Assembly (NCBI GenBank): GCA_902518415.1 | Contig: CABYGA010000002.1 | Coordinates: forward strand, 6,705-70,704 | Direction of reading: 5' to 3' | Source: an uncultured Pelagibacteraceae bacterium | GTDB lineage: Bacteria; Pseudomonadota; Alphaproteobacteria; Pelagibacterales; AG-422-B15 | Length of the DNA: 64,000 bases | In this document: positions 23,405 to 33,235 of the stretch, piece by piece | Layout: every line of letters begins with the position of its first letter | Position numbering within the stretch: position 1 is the first letter of the stretch | Notes under the pieces: model-generated | What the model saw: only the letters and a program-made list of their open reading frames with translations | Database searches by the model: none | Told to the model about the DNA's origin: nothing | Made by a program: the position numbers and the translations under genes

Positions 23405-24862
23405 ATGTCCAATACATTTCAAATCCAGTCTAACAATATTTCTTCAAAACAGCTTCCTCACAATATGGAAGCCGAGCAAGGATTACTTGGGGCTATTCTA
23501 ATAAATAATGAGATATTTTATGATATAACTGAAATAGTAAATTCTGAACATTTTCATGAACCAGTTCATAGAATTGTATTTGAAGTGATGAATAAAATGA
23601 TTTCTAAAGGTCAAATTGCATCACCAATTACTTTACAGAGTTATTTTGAAATTGAAAAAAATCTAGAAGAAATAGGTGGCTCTAATTACCTATTTAGGCT
23701 TGCAAATTCAGCTGTTTCTTTGGAATATGCAAAGAGCTACGCTCAAATAATTTATGATATGGCTGTTAGACGAGGTCTTTATGAACTTGGAGGCAAAGTG
23801 CAGCATGATGCTATTGAAAGTGATATGGATGTGAAGCCTGGGGATCTCATAGAAGACGCTGAAAAAGATCTTTATCAGATATCGGAAAAAGGAACTACAA
23901 AAAATAAGGTCCAATCATTTAGAAGTTCAGTTGAAGAAGCTATAGAGCTTACAACTAAAGCATTTAAGAAAGATACGAGTGTGATTGGTCTATCCTCTGG
24001 ATTTAGGGATCTTGATGCTAAATTAGGAGGATTCCATTCTTCTGATTTAATCATAATTGCTGGAAGGCCATCTATGGGTAAGACAGCTTTAGCAACAAAT
24101 ATGGCATTTAATATTGCAAAAGAGGCTCATAGTAATAATGATATGGATTCAAGCGTTCTATTCTTTTCACTTGAAATGTCATCAGAACAACTGGCGAGAA
24201 GAATTTTATCTGAAGAGGCAAGAATAAGCTCTAATGATATGAGAAAAGGTGATTTATCAGAAAATGATTTAGATAATTTAGTATCAGTTTCAAAGAAAAT
24301 ATTAGAGATACCTCTATTTATTGACGATACGCCCGCCATAAACATTGGAACACTTGCATCTAGGGCAAGAAGACTCAAGCGAAAAAACGGTCTTGGCGCA
24401 ATTGTAATTGATTATTTGCAATTATTGAGGCCAAGTAAGATATCAAGAAATGAGTCACGAGTACTTGAACTTTCAGAAATAACCCAAGGTCTTAAAGCTC
24501 TGGCAAAAGAAATGAACATTCCTGTAATAGCTTTATCACAATTATCAAGACAGGTGGAGCAAAGAGAAGATAAGAAGCCCCTTTTATCAGATTTAAGAGA
24601 GTCAGGTTCTATTGAGCAAGACTCTGATGTAGTAATGTTTATTTATAGAGAAGAATACTATTTAGAAAAAAGTGAACCTGCCCTTGGTACCGCGGATTAT
24701 ATTGAATGGCAGCAAAAAATGGATGAAATTCATGGCCAAGCTGAACTTCTCATATCAAAACAAAGGCATGGACCTACAGGAAATATAAGACTAAGCTTTG
24801 AAAGTAAGTTTACAAAGTTTGGGAACTTTATTAGCAAAGATCACTCAAACAATTATGAGTAA
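23405..24862 (+). CDS. dnaB: Replicative DNA helicase
   Basis: PHNMEAEQ, AGRPSMGKT, DYLQL, LSQLSR, DLRESGSIEQD, KQRHGPTG. No intein. Confidence 0.97.
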   Translation: MSNTFQIQSNNISSKQLPHNMEAEQGLLGAILINNEIFYDITEIVNSEHFHEPVHRIVFEVMNKMISKGQIASPITLQSYFEIEKNLEEIGGSNYLFRLANSAVSLEYAKSYAQIIYDMAVRRGLYELGGKVQHDAIESDMDVKPGDLIEDAEKDLYQISEKGTTKNKVQSFRSSVEEAIELTTKAFKKDTSVIGLSSGFRDLDAKLGGFHSSDLIIIAGRPSMGKTALATNMAFNIAKEAHSNNDMDSSVLFFSLEMSSEQLARRILSEEARISSNDMRKGDLSENDLDNLVSVSKKILEIPLFIDDTPAINIGTLASRARRLKRKNGLGAIVIDYLQLLRPSKISRNESRVLELSEITQGLKALAKEMNIPVIALSQLSRQVEQREDKKPLLSDLRESGSIEQDSDVVMFIYREEYYLEKSEPALGTADYIEWQQKMDEIHGQAELLISKQRHGPTGNIRLSFESKFTKFGNFISKDHSNNYE

Positions 24863-24873
24863 AGTCTTTCAAA

Positions 24874-25974
24874 ATGAAGAATGTTGATCAAAATACTTTT
24901 TTAGATATTGACTTAAGATCCCTAGGTGAAAATTACCTAAAAATCAAAAAAAAAGTAAATAGAAATTGCATAGTTGCAGCAACTGTAAAATCAAATGCAT
25001 ATGGTCTTGGAATTGAAAGAGTTCTACCTACGCTCATAAGTTCAAAATGCAAGCACTTCTTTGTGGCATCCACAGATGAAGCTATTGAAATTAGGAAAAT
25101 GAATAAAAAAGTAGAAGTATTTATTCTAAATGGCTTAGTTTTAGATAACTTAAGCGTAATAAGTAAATATAAATTAATACCAGTGATTAATGATTTAAAA
25201 CAGCTTAAGAAAATAGAGAGCTACCAAAGTAAATTCAATAAAAAAATCAAAATTGCAATTCATTTTGATACAGGTATGTCGCGACTTGGTTTAGATAAAA
25301 ATGAGTCTGCTAATCTAATTAAAAACCAATCAGAATTAATAAAAAAATCAGATCTAGTTCTAATAATGAGCCACTTAGCTTGCGCTGATGATCCAAAAAA
25401 CAAAAAAAATCTAACTCAATTAAAGAAATTTGATAAGATAAGAATACACTTTCCAAATTGTCTACACAGCATATCGAACTCTGGAGGGGTTTTGCTTGGA
25501 AGAAAATATAATCTCGATATGGTTAGGCCAGGAATATCTATTTATGGAGGCAACTGTCAAATCAGGGAGAGAAAACATTACAAAAATGTAGTCTCTTTAA
25601 AGAGTAAATTAATACAAACAAGGGAAATAAATACAGGTGATACCGTAGGCTATGGAGCCACATTTAAAGCAAAGAAAAAGATGCAAATTGGCACTTTTGC
25701 AATTGGTTATGGTGATGGATTCAGCCGACTCTTTTCAAATAATTGTAGAGTTTATTTAAATAATAAACGAGTTAATTTGATAGGAAGAGTCTCAATGGAC
25801 TTGATAACAGTTGATTTAACAAATTTTACAAACTTAGAACAAATAGCTAATAAAGAGTTTGAATTCATTGGAAATAAGAACTCTATCAATACAATCTGTG
25901 AAAGCATAAATACAATACCATATGAGATTTTAACAAACCTAGGCAAAAGATACCAAAGAAGATATATTTCATAA
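24874..25974 (+). CDS. alr: Alanine racemase
   Basis: VKSNAYGLG, DTGMSRLG, SHLACAD, GRVSMD, TIPYEIL. Confidence 0.95.
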   Translation: MKNVDQNTFLDIDLRSLGENYLKIKKKVNRNCIVAATVKSNAYGLGIERVLPTLISSKCKHFFVASTDEAIEIRKMNKKVEVFILNGLVLDNLSVISKYKLIPVINDLKQLKKIESYQSKFNKKIKIAIHFDTGMSRLGLDKNESANLIKNQSELIKKSDLVLIMSHLACADDPKNKKNLTQLKKFDKIRIHFPNCLHSISNSGGVLLGRKYNLDMVRPGISIYGGNCQIRERKHYKNVVSLKSKLIQTREINTGDTVGYGATFKAKKKMQIGTFAIGYGDGFSRLFSNNCRVYLNNKRVNLIGRVSMDLITVDLTNFTNLEQIANKEFEFIGNKNSINTICESINTIPYEILTNLGKRYQRRYIS

Positions 25975-25977
25975 GTA

Positions 25978-28413
25978 ATGAAAAAAGTATTTTCGTCAGT
26001 TCTTGATAATTATTCAAAGTTATCTTTGTTTCTACTTGTAGCAATTGCTTTTTTTTTCCTAGTTAACTCTGATAATTTTCAACTTGACGCATCTTCTGAT
26101 ACTCTCATCTTAGAACAAGATGATGATTTAAAAAGATATCGAGAGTTAATCAAGGACTATGATTCAAATGACTTTTTAATTGTTACATTCACTTCAAAAC
26201 AGAAATTTATTAAAAAGCAAAATCTTGATTTTTTAAATTCTTTTATTACAGAAATTAAAAGTCTTCCTTTTGTTGATTCAACTCAATCAATTTTTGACGC
26301 ACCATTATTAGAGATTAATAATCAATCTTTATCAGATCTAGCAAATGAAATAATTACAATTAATTCTCCAAGAGTAAATATCGCTGATGCTGAGAAAGAA
26401 TTACTTAATAGTCCAATTTTCAAAAACTTAATTATAAGTGAAGATGCTACTACTACAGGCTTACTAATTAATCTAGAAAAGAATCCTGATTTCGATGCAA
26501 TAGTAAATGAAAGAATAAGGCTTAATGAATTAGGTAAAAAAAATGATGCTGAGCTTAAACTTTTATCTCAACTAGACTTCAAATATGAAATTGAAAAAAA
26601 GAAACAGGATAAAGAGAGAGAAAATAACATTTTAATTATCAGAACAATAATTGAGCAATTCGAAGATAAGAATATTGAAATTCATCTAGGGGGAGTTTCA
26701 ATGATTGCAAATGATACTATCGCATTCGTAAAAAATGATATTATTATTTTCGGCATTGGGGCCTTTATTTTTATATTAATTGTGCTCTATCTTGTTTTTA
26801 GAAGCCCTTTGTGGATGATTGCATGTATATCTAATTGTATATTCATTTTAATTACTATGATCGGGTCTATTTCGCTACTCGGATGGAAAGTAACTGTTAT
26901 TTCATCAAACTTTATCATGCTTATTTTGATCTTATCTTTATCAATGACTGTACATATAGTTGTAAGGTATCGGCAAATAAGTTTAGAGGATGAAAAATCT
27001 ACAATTAATCAAAATATTATAAGTGCACTTGGAAAAATGTATAAGCCTTGTCTATTTGCAGCCCTAACAACAATTTTTGCATTTGGATCGCTTTATACAA
27101 GTGGAATTAAACCGGTTATGGATTTTGGCCTAATGATGTGTATGGGCCTAACTATCACATATATATCTAGTTTTGTTTTCTTACCAATTTTGATATCAGT
27201 CTTAAATTTAAAAAGTACTGCACTCTTGGATAAAAATAATAGTAAAGATGTATTTTCTATCTTATCAATCAAATTCCCGGTATTAACATTATTATTTTTT
27301 ACATCTTTGTTTGCTATTGGCATACATGGAGCAAGTACTCTTAAAGTGGAAAATAGTTTTGTTAATTACTTTAAAGAAGATACTGAAATATACAAAGGAA
27401 TGAAGTTGATTGATGAGCAATTAGGTGGAACTACTCCCTTGGATATTATTATTCAATTTAAAGATGAGCCAAATGATGATTTCTCTTTTGAAGAGGAGGA
27501 ATTTATGGATTTTGGAATCGATTATGATGCTTCAGACTACTGGTTTACTAAAGAAAAAATTGACAATGTTAAGAGCATTCATGACTATCTAGAAACGTAT
27601 GATTTTGTAGGTAAAGTACTTTCATTGGCATCCATTATAAGAACTGCCGAAAAAATTAATTTAAATGAAGAATTTGACACCCTTGAACTCTCAATTTTAT
27701 ACAAAAAATTACCGCAAGAAATTAAAGATCAAATTTTAAAACCCTATGTGTTGATAGATAAAAATCAGGCGAGAATATCTCTACGTGTAATCGACACTCA
27801 TCCTGAGTTAAAAAGAGCAGATTTCGTTAATGAGCTAAGAGAACATATGGATTTAAATTATAATAATCAAAATATTGAGGTAAGTCTTACTGGAATACTA
27901 ATTTTGTACAATAACATGTTGCAAAGTCTTTTTGAATCTCAAATTAAATCTTTAGGAATTGTTTTAATGGGAATATTTATAATATTAATTATGTTATTCC
28001 GATCCTTTAAAATAGCTTTAGCTGCTTTGATACCAAATTTAGGAGCCTGTTTTGTTATATTGGGAACTATGGGCTTGTTGAATATACCCCTGGATTTAAT
28101 GACAATTACGATTGCCTCTATTACGATTGGGATAGCAGTAGATAATTGCATACATTATGTTTATCGGTATCGTGAATATATTGAAATAACTGGATCACAC
28201 ACAGATGCGGTCAATAATTGCCAGAAAACAGTTAGCACTGCAATCAAAAATACTTCGATAACTATTATGGCAGGTTTCTCAATTTTAGTATTTTCTAATT
28301 TTTATCCGACAATATACTTTGGAGCATTTACAGCGCTTGCAATGTTAATTGCTTTAGTGGGAAGTTTAACTATATTGCCGATATTACTCGGGTATTTTAA
28401 TAAAAACTCATAG
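25978..28413 (+). CDS. MMPL/RND-superfamily membrane transporter
   Basis: Two repeats of one TM, a periplasmic loop and five TMs; LGGTTPLD, GIAVDNCIH. Confidence 0.85.
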   Translation: MKKVFSSVLDNYSKLSLFLLVAIAFFFLVNSDNFQLDASSDTLILEQDDDLKRYRELIKDYDSNDFLIVTFTSKQKFIKKQNLDFLNSFITEIKSLPFVDSTQSIFDAPLLEINNQSLSDLANEIITINSPRVNIADAEKELLNSPIFKNLIISEDATTTGLLINLEKNPDFDAIVNERIRLNELGKKNDAELKLLSQLDFKYEIEKKKQDKERENNILIIRTIIEQFEDKNIEIHLGGVSMIANDTIAFVKNDIIIFGIGAFIFILIVLYLVFRSPLWMIACISNCIFILITMIGSISLLGWKVTVISSNFIMLILILSLSMTVHIVVRYRQISLEDEKSTINQNIISALGKMYKPCLFAALTTIFAFGSLYTSGIKPVMDFGLMMCMGLTITYISSFVFLPILISVLNLKSTALLDKNNSKDVFSILSIKFPVLTLLFFTSLFAIGIHGASTLKVENSFVNYFKEDTEIYKGMKLIDEQLGGTTPLDIIIQFKDEPNDDFSFEEEEFMDFGIDYDASDYWFTKEKIDNVKSIHDYLETYDFVGKVLSLASIIRTAEKINLNEEFDTLELSILYKKLPQEIKDQILKPYVLIDKNQARISLRVIDTHPELKRADFVNELREHMDLNYNNQNIEVSLTGILILYNNMLQSLFESQIKSLGIVLMGIFIILIMLFRSFKIALAALIPNLGACFVILGTMGLLNIPLDLMTITIASITIGIAVDNCIHYVYRYREYIEITGSHTDAVNNCQKTVSTAIKNTSITIMAGFSILVFSNFYPTIYFGAFTALAMLIALVGSLTILPILLGYFNKNS

Positions 28414-28414
28414 C

Positions 28415-28930
28415 ATGAACGACCTTAATTATTCTCAATTTCTCAATACTTTTGATATTACTTTCTTAATCATTTGCCTAATATCAATTTTTTTTGGAAT
28501 TAAAAATGGATTTCTAAAAAGTTTTTTTAATTTATTAAAATGGATATTAATATTTTTTATACTTAAAAATTGTTTTACCTTATTAAGACCTGTTGCAGAT
28601 CAGTATATTACTAACGAAACTTTATCTGATGTAACAATTTTTCTAATTACCCTCATAACCTCATATATATTTATTTCATTCTTACTGAGACTCTTCGTAG
28701 GTTTTTTGCAACCTAAAAAAAAGGGGCTTGTTGATATGGGGCTTGGAGGGGTCCTGGGCATTTTCAGGGGATATATTGTAATTGTGATAACTTTGTTTTT
28801 TATAAATCAAAATATATCTTCTAGTATTTTAAATGACTTTATGGCTAACGGCTCATTTGCTGAAATAGTAAATATTGGAATAGGATTTTTTGAACATATA
28901 CCAAGAAATTTAGAGGAAATAGGCATATAA
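28415..28930 (+). CDS. cvpA: CvpA family membrane protein
   Basis: FD..F..I..IS...G...GF and D..LG..LG..RG pattern. Confidence 0.8.
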   Translation: MNDLNYSQFLNTFDITFLIICLISIFFGIKNGFLKSFFNLLKWILIFFILKNCFTLLRPVADQYITNETLSDVTIFLITLITSYIFISFLLRLFVGFLQPKKKGLVDMGLGGVLGIFRGYIVIVITLFFINQNISSSILNDFMANGSFAEIVNIGIGFFEHIPRNLEEIGI

Positions 28931-28932
28931 AC

Positions 28933-29622
28933 ATGAGAACTTTAAATTGCCTTATTACAGGCGCCTCATCTGGAATTGGGGCAAACATTGCTCAGGAGCT
29001 GTCAAAGTCAGTTAAACACATATATATTTTGTCACGCAATACATCCAAATTAGAAGAGGTAAATGATAAAATAATTTCAAATGGATGTGAATGTACAATT
29101 GTTCCAATTGATTTATGTGAACCTAATGTAATAGAAAATCTTTCAGGGGAAATATTTAAAAAAGATAAGTTTTTAGATATTGTTGTCACATCTGCGGGCC
29201 AAATTACTAGACTATCACCTGTAGAGTCAATTGATTTAAATGAGTTCAATGACACTATCAAGTTAAACTATATTTCTAATTTTAGAATTATGAAACATTT
29301 TCATCCTTTGCTGAAAAATTCTAAGAAATCTAACTTTGTGGTTATTTCTTCAATAAAAGATGAAATGAAGTCCCAATATTGGGGCATATATCAACCAATC
29401 ATGACAGCATTAAATGAACTAGTCATAACATTTGCCAATGAAAATAGAGGTACCTCTATAAATGCCAATATTATCTATCCAGGTGCGGTAAATACCAAAT
29501 TTAGAGAAAATATTATGCCTGGTGAGGATAAAAAGAAAATTAAAAATCCAGTCGATGTAGCAAGAGCGGTTGTAAATTTCCTACTATCGAATGAAAAAAG
29601 TGGTGAGATTATTAAGCTTTAG
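28933..29622 (+). CDS. Short-chain dehydrogenase (YciK-like) with degenerate YxxxK
   Basis: TGASSGIG, YWGIY, PGAVNTKFRENIMPGED; usual position after cvpA-purF. Confidence 0.8.
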   Translation: MRTLNCLITGASSGIGANIAQELSKSVKHIYILSRNTSKLEEVNDKIISNGCECTIVPIDLCEPNVIENLSGEIFKKDKFLDIVVTSAGQITRLSPVESIDLNEFNDTIKLNYISNFRIMKHFHPLLKNSKKSNFVVISSIKDEMKSQYWGIYQPIMTALNELVITFANENRGTSINANIIYPGAVNTKFRENIMPGEDKKKIKNPVDVARAVVNFLLSNEKSGEIIKL

Positions 29623-30440
29623 TCTGAATAAGGATTGCTAGAGCTTATAAATTGATAAGAAATTGGCACTCCTTTTATTTTAAAAAAATCCCTAAATGCA
29701 TTATCAAAAAATCTTTGAAATATAAGAGGTGCTTTTTTTTTTGAATTAATAAAGACTTTAAAAAGTGGAGAGCCAGTCTTTATTTGCACAATATACTTAG
29801 GCTTGATTTCTCTTTTTTTAATTTTTGGATATTTTGATTGTTTATTTAAATAATTAAGAAATTTATTTAAATTAGTTTTTGTGATTTCAATATGGGCAAG
29901 TTTATTTTTGTTAATAATTTCTTTTATAAAACTCTTAATTCTGATGTTTTTCTTCGCAGAAATGAAATCAGTGTTAATCATTTGGTATTGACTATAATTA
30001 TTACTTAAATATTTATCGATCTTAGTTTTATATTTCTTACCTTCATCAATGAGATCCATCTTATTAAATAAAAAAAATAGTGTCTTTTTTTTTGTTATTG
30101 CTAAATCAGCCAGCCTAAAGTCTTGCTTGGTAATATTCTCAACAGAATCTATGAGCAGAATTATAACGTCTACCTTATCGACAAGTTTTATCACTTCCTT
30201 GCTTCTTTTCTTTTCATCAAGATCATCTATCTTGCTTTTCCGTCTAAGTCCCGGAGTATCATAAATTGTGAAATCATGATTATACAGCATAAATTTATCT
30301 TTAAATAGATTTTTTGTAAGTCCGTATTCATCACCAACTGGCGAAATACTATCTTCAAGCAAACAATTAAATAAAGTTGATTTACCTGAATTAGGCTTAC
30401 CAATAATACATAAATTTATGTTATTCAAATTGGAAGACAT
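29619..30440 (-). CDS. der: Ribosome biogenesis GTPase Der/EngA, reduced to one G domain plus the KH-like domain
   Basis: GKPNSGKST, DTPGLRRKSKI, KQDFRLAD, NKMDL, C-terminal KYIVQ...GVPI...NPY; directly after bamB; only 273 aa. Confidence 0.82.
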   Translation of the reverse strand: MSSNLNNINLCIIGKPNSGKSTLFNCLLEDSISPVGDEYGLTKNLFKDKFMLYNHDFTIYDTPGLRRKSKIDDLDEKKRSKEVIKLVDKVDVIILLIDSVENITKQDFRLADLAITKKKTLFFLFNKMDLIDEGKKYKTKIDKYLSNNYSQYQMINTDFISAKKNIRIKSFIKEIINKNKLAHIEITKTNLNKFLNYLNKQSKYPKIKKREIKPKYIVQIKTGSPLFKVFINSKKKAPLIFQRFFDNAFRDFFKIKGVPISYQFISSSNPYSD

Positions 30441-31719
30441 TGGAACTTTCGTTCATTATAAATGCTGAACTGCTTAGTATAACTGGTGGTATCATAATAT
30501 TTTTTATACCTAAATTATCAGCAGATAAAATATCTCCTGTCATTGGTGAAACAATTTTTAATTCTCCAAAATATGAAATATTGTATAATAAGCTATTTAT
30601 TAAATATGGTCCTAACCATAAATTTAGGTTTTTTGCTTTTTGGCCTTTTTTGAATTTACTTAATTCAGTAATCCAGTAAATATCGCCTGTGTTTTTATCT
30701 ATACAAATCAGTTTCCCATCTTGGTCAATTATATAGATTTGATTTCCACTAACAATTGGAGTTCTATAACCTGATATATCAACCGACCAATTTCTTTGGC
30801 CACTAATAGCACTTATAGAAACTAGTTTACCATTTGTACTTAGAGAATAAATTGAGTTGCCAGATATAACAGGACTTGCCGATATATCTTTTATGTCAAA
30901 ATTACTAAGCAATGAAACTTTAGACACGTTTTCTGACCAAAGAGGTCTTCCATTTTCATGAGAAAACGCAATTAGCTCGCCATTACTAAAAGGTGCTATA
31001 ATTGTGTTCTCATATGCAATAGGTGAAGCAGTGATTAAGCTTTTCTTTGACTCAGCTATGGTTTGGAAAGACCACTTAACTTCCCCAGTTTCTAAGGAAA
31101 GTGAAAATAATCGATTATCGGATGAAATAAAGTAAATCTGATCTCTATAAATTAATGGAGGTGAAAGTATTGGAAATTCAATTTTTTTCTCCCATATTCT
31201 TTTTCCATTAGTTGAGTCAATAAGTAGTATCTGACCATAAGCGTCGACAAATACTATTTTGTTATCAAAGAAAGCAAGGCCCCCACGTATTATTTCATAT
31301 TTTTTAATTCCTTCAATTTTAATATCAACCCTAAATATTTTTTCATTATTCAATAAATTTATACACTCAAGAAAACCTTTAGTAACAATATAGCATAAAG
31401 TATCATTGAAATAGATTGGCTGTATTATATTAAGTGGCCCAGTTGCTCCTGAAACTATTTTTTTTTTATTTTTGATTGTCCAAGATGAAAATATATTATT
31501 TAAATTATTACTAGGATTTTGAAAGTGCTTTGACCAAAAGCTTACTTCTCTTGGGGCATCAATGCTTATGCCCTCAATATTAAGGCCCAATGTTTCTGAA
31601 ATTTGTGCATCGTAAGCTAAAATAGAAAAACTACTATTATTTGTTTCTATGGTCTCTTTTTTCGAACAACCAATTAGAACAAAAATTGATAATAAAAAGA
31701 CTAAATATATATTTTTCAT
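30421..31719 (-). CDS. bamB: Outer membrane protein assembly factor BamB (PQQ-like beta-propeller lipoprotein)
   Basis: LIGC lipobox, repeated G...W propeller motifs, between a YfgM-like gene and der. Confidence 0.85.
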   Translation of the reverse strand: MKNIYLVFLLSIFVLIGCSKKETIETNNSSFSILAYDAQISETLGLNIEGISIDAPREVSFWSKHFQNPSNNLNNIFSSWTIKNKKKIVSGATGPLNIIQPIYFNDTLCYIVTKGFLECINLLNNEKIFRVDIKIEGIKKYEIIRGGLAFFDNKIVFVDAYGQILLIDSTNGKRIWEKKIEFPILSPPLIYRDQIYFISSDNRLFSLSLETGEVKWSFQTIAESKKSLITASPIAYENTIIAPFSNGELIAFSHENGRPLWSENVSKVSLLSNFDIKDISASPVISGNSIYSLSTNGKLVSISAISGQRNWSVDISGYRTPIVSGNQIYIIDQDGKLICIDKNTGDIYWITELSKFKKGQKAKNLNLWLGPYLINSLLYNISYFGELKIVSPMTGDILSADNLGIKNIMIPPVILSSSAFIMNESSNVFQFE

Positions 31720-31720
31720 A

Positions 31721-32353
31721 TTATTTAAATGTGTCTAGAAATTTTGATGCTCTAATAGCTATCTCTCTTGGAGCGTTTGTGTCATTTGATAAATCATTAA
31801 AATATTCTTTAGATAGATCAATATCTCCTGAGAGTAAATTTTTTATAGCTATAGCTTCTTTGAAAAGGTATTTAAGAGAGCTGTTTTTTTCTCTTTCGCT
31901 AGTTATATATATATTAATTTCGTCTTTATTAATCTCATTCAGATTGCTCATTAAGTAAAAATAAGTAGCTATGTCAGCTAAGAGTTTATCAGAATTATCA
32001 TCATTTATAATTTCTTTTAGCTTGTTCATGCTTTCTTCTGTGTTGCCATTTTCCATTAGTAAATTTGCCGCTTTAATTTTAGCAATGCTTGAAATAAACA
32101 ATTGATTGTCACCTTCAATTTCACTTAGATTTTTGATTGACTCATTAAAGTTCTTGATACCTGCAATAGCAATATACTTTTCTACTGTTTTTTCATAATA
32201 AGATTGATTTACTGATTTATTAATTTGATATCCAAAAACTCCGCCTATAATTAGAATTAACATTCCAACTATATATATTCGATATTTTTTCCATAAAGTT
32301 ATCAGGCGATCTTGTCTTAATTCTTCGTCAACCTGCCTCAATATATCTGACAT
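31721..32353 (-). CDS. YfgM-like / DUF2659 TPR membrane-anchored protein
   Basis: MSDILRQVDEELRQDRL..LWKKY, a TM helix, then TPR-like helices; upstream of bamB. Confidence 0.85.
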   Translation of the reverse strand: MSDILRQVDEELRQDRLITLWKKYRIYIVGMLILIIGGVFGYQINKSVNQSYYEKTVEKYIAIAGIKNFNESIKNLSEIEGDNQLFISSIAKIKAANLLMENGNTEESMNKLKEIINDDNSDKLLADIATYFYLMSNLNEINKDEINIYITSEREKNSSLKYLFKEAIAIKNLLSGDIDLSKEYFNDLSNDTNAPREIAIRASKFLDTFK

Positions 32354-33180
32354 TATTTTTCCTTATCTTTAATTATTACCTGTTGATTCATTTTGTATGT
32401 GTGCTCTGTTCCTGGAAAGCTTCTATTTCTTACTTCATCAGCATATTGTTCAGCGGCTTTATTAATTATACTATCTAGATTTGCATATTTTTTTACGAAC
32501 TTTGGAGCAATATTTGTTAAGCCCAACATATCTTCAGTAACTAATACCTGGCCATCACACATCGGCGATGCTCCAATTCCAATTGTAGGAATTGAAATGC
32601 GAGCAGTTATTTCAGCAGCTAAGGGTTCAGCCATTCCTTCCAATACAACTGAAAAAGCTCCAGCTTCTTCAATTGCAATAGCGTCATCTATATATTTTCC
32701 CCAATCAAATTTATTCCTTCCTTTAACTTTATAGCCACCATCTATAAGCACACTTTGAGGCTGAAGACCAATATGTCCCATTACTGGGATTGATCGATCA
32801 GTTAAATATTTTACAGTTTCATACATATTTTTTCCACCCTCAAGCTTTACTCCGTTGCAGTTTGTTTCCTTCATTACTTTTACGGCATTCATAAAAGCTT
32901 TATCAACAGACTCCTCATAAGTACCAAAAGGCATATCAACTATAATGCACGACTTTTTTGTTGCATTTACAACAGATTTTGAATGCTCAATCATTTGAAA
33001 AAGTGTTACTGGTAATGTATTTTGATAGTCATAAAGAACCATTCCAAGTGAGTCGCCTACTAACAAAAGATCACCACAGCCATCGATAGATCTTGCAATC
33101 GGGGAAGTATACGCCGTCAAGCAGACTATTGGGGTTTTTCCTTTTTGGTTTTTGATATCAATTACAGATTTACGTTTCAT
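32353..33180 (-). CDS. panB: 3-methyl-2-oxobutanoate hydroxymethyltransferase
   Basis: LTAY, LLVGDSLGM, DMPFGTYE, VKLEGG, GHIGLQPQ, TIGIGA. Confidence 0.96.
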   Translation of the reverse strand: MKRKSVIDIKNQKGKTPIVCLTAYTSPIARSIDGCGDLLLVGDSLGMVLYDYQNTLPVTLFQMIEHSKSVVNATKKSCIIVDMPFGTYEESVDKAFMNAVKVMKETNCNGVKLEGGKNMYETVKYLTDRSIPVMGHIGLQPQSVLIDGGYKVKGRNKFDWGKYIDDAIAIEEAGAFSVVLEGMAEPLAAEITARISIPTIGIGASPMCDGQVLVTEDMLGLTNIAPKFVKKYANLDSIINKAAEQYADEVRNRSFPGTEHTYKMNQQVIIKDKEK

Positions 33181-33235
33181 GCTGCGGGTTATACTTTAGA
33201 AATAAAAAAATTTCTATAAAAAGCTAAAAAATTGG

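Noticed and set aside
33197..33216. TAGAAAT/ATTTCTA hairpin at the edge of the accessory block as a terminator or att site
   Set aside because: Very AT-rich weak stem, with no matching repeat at the other end of the block.
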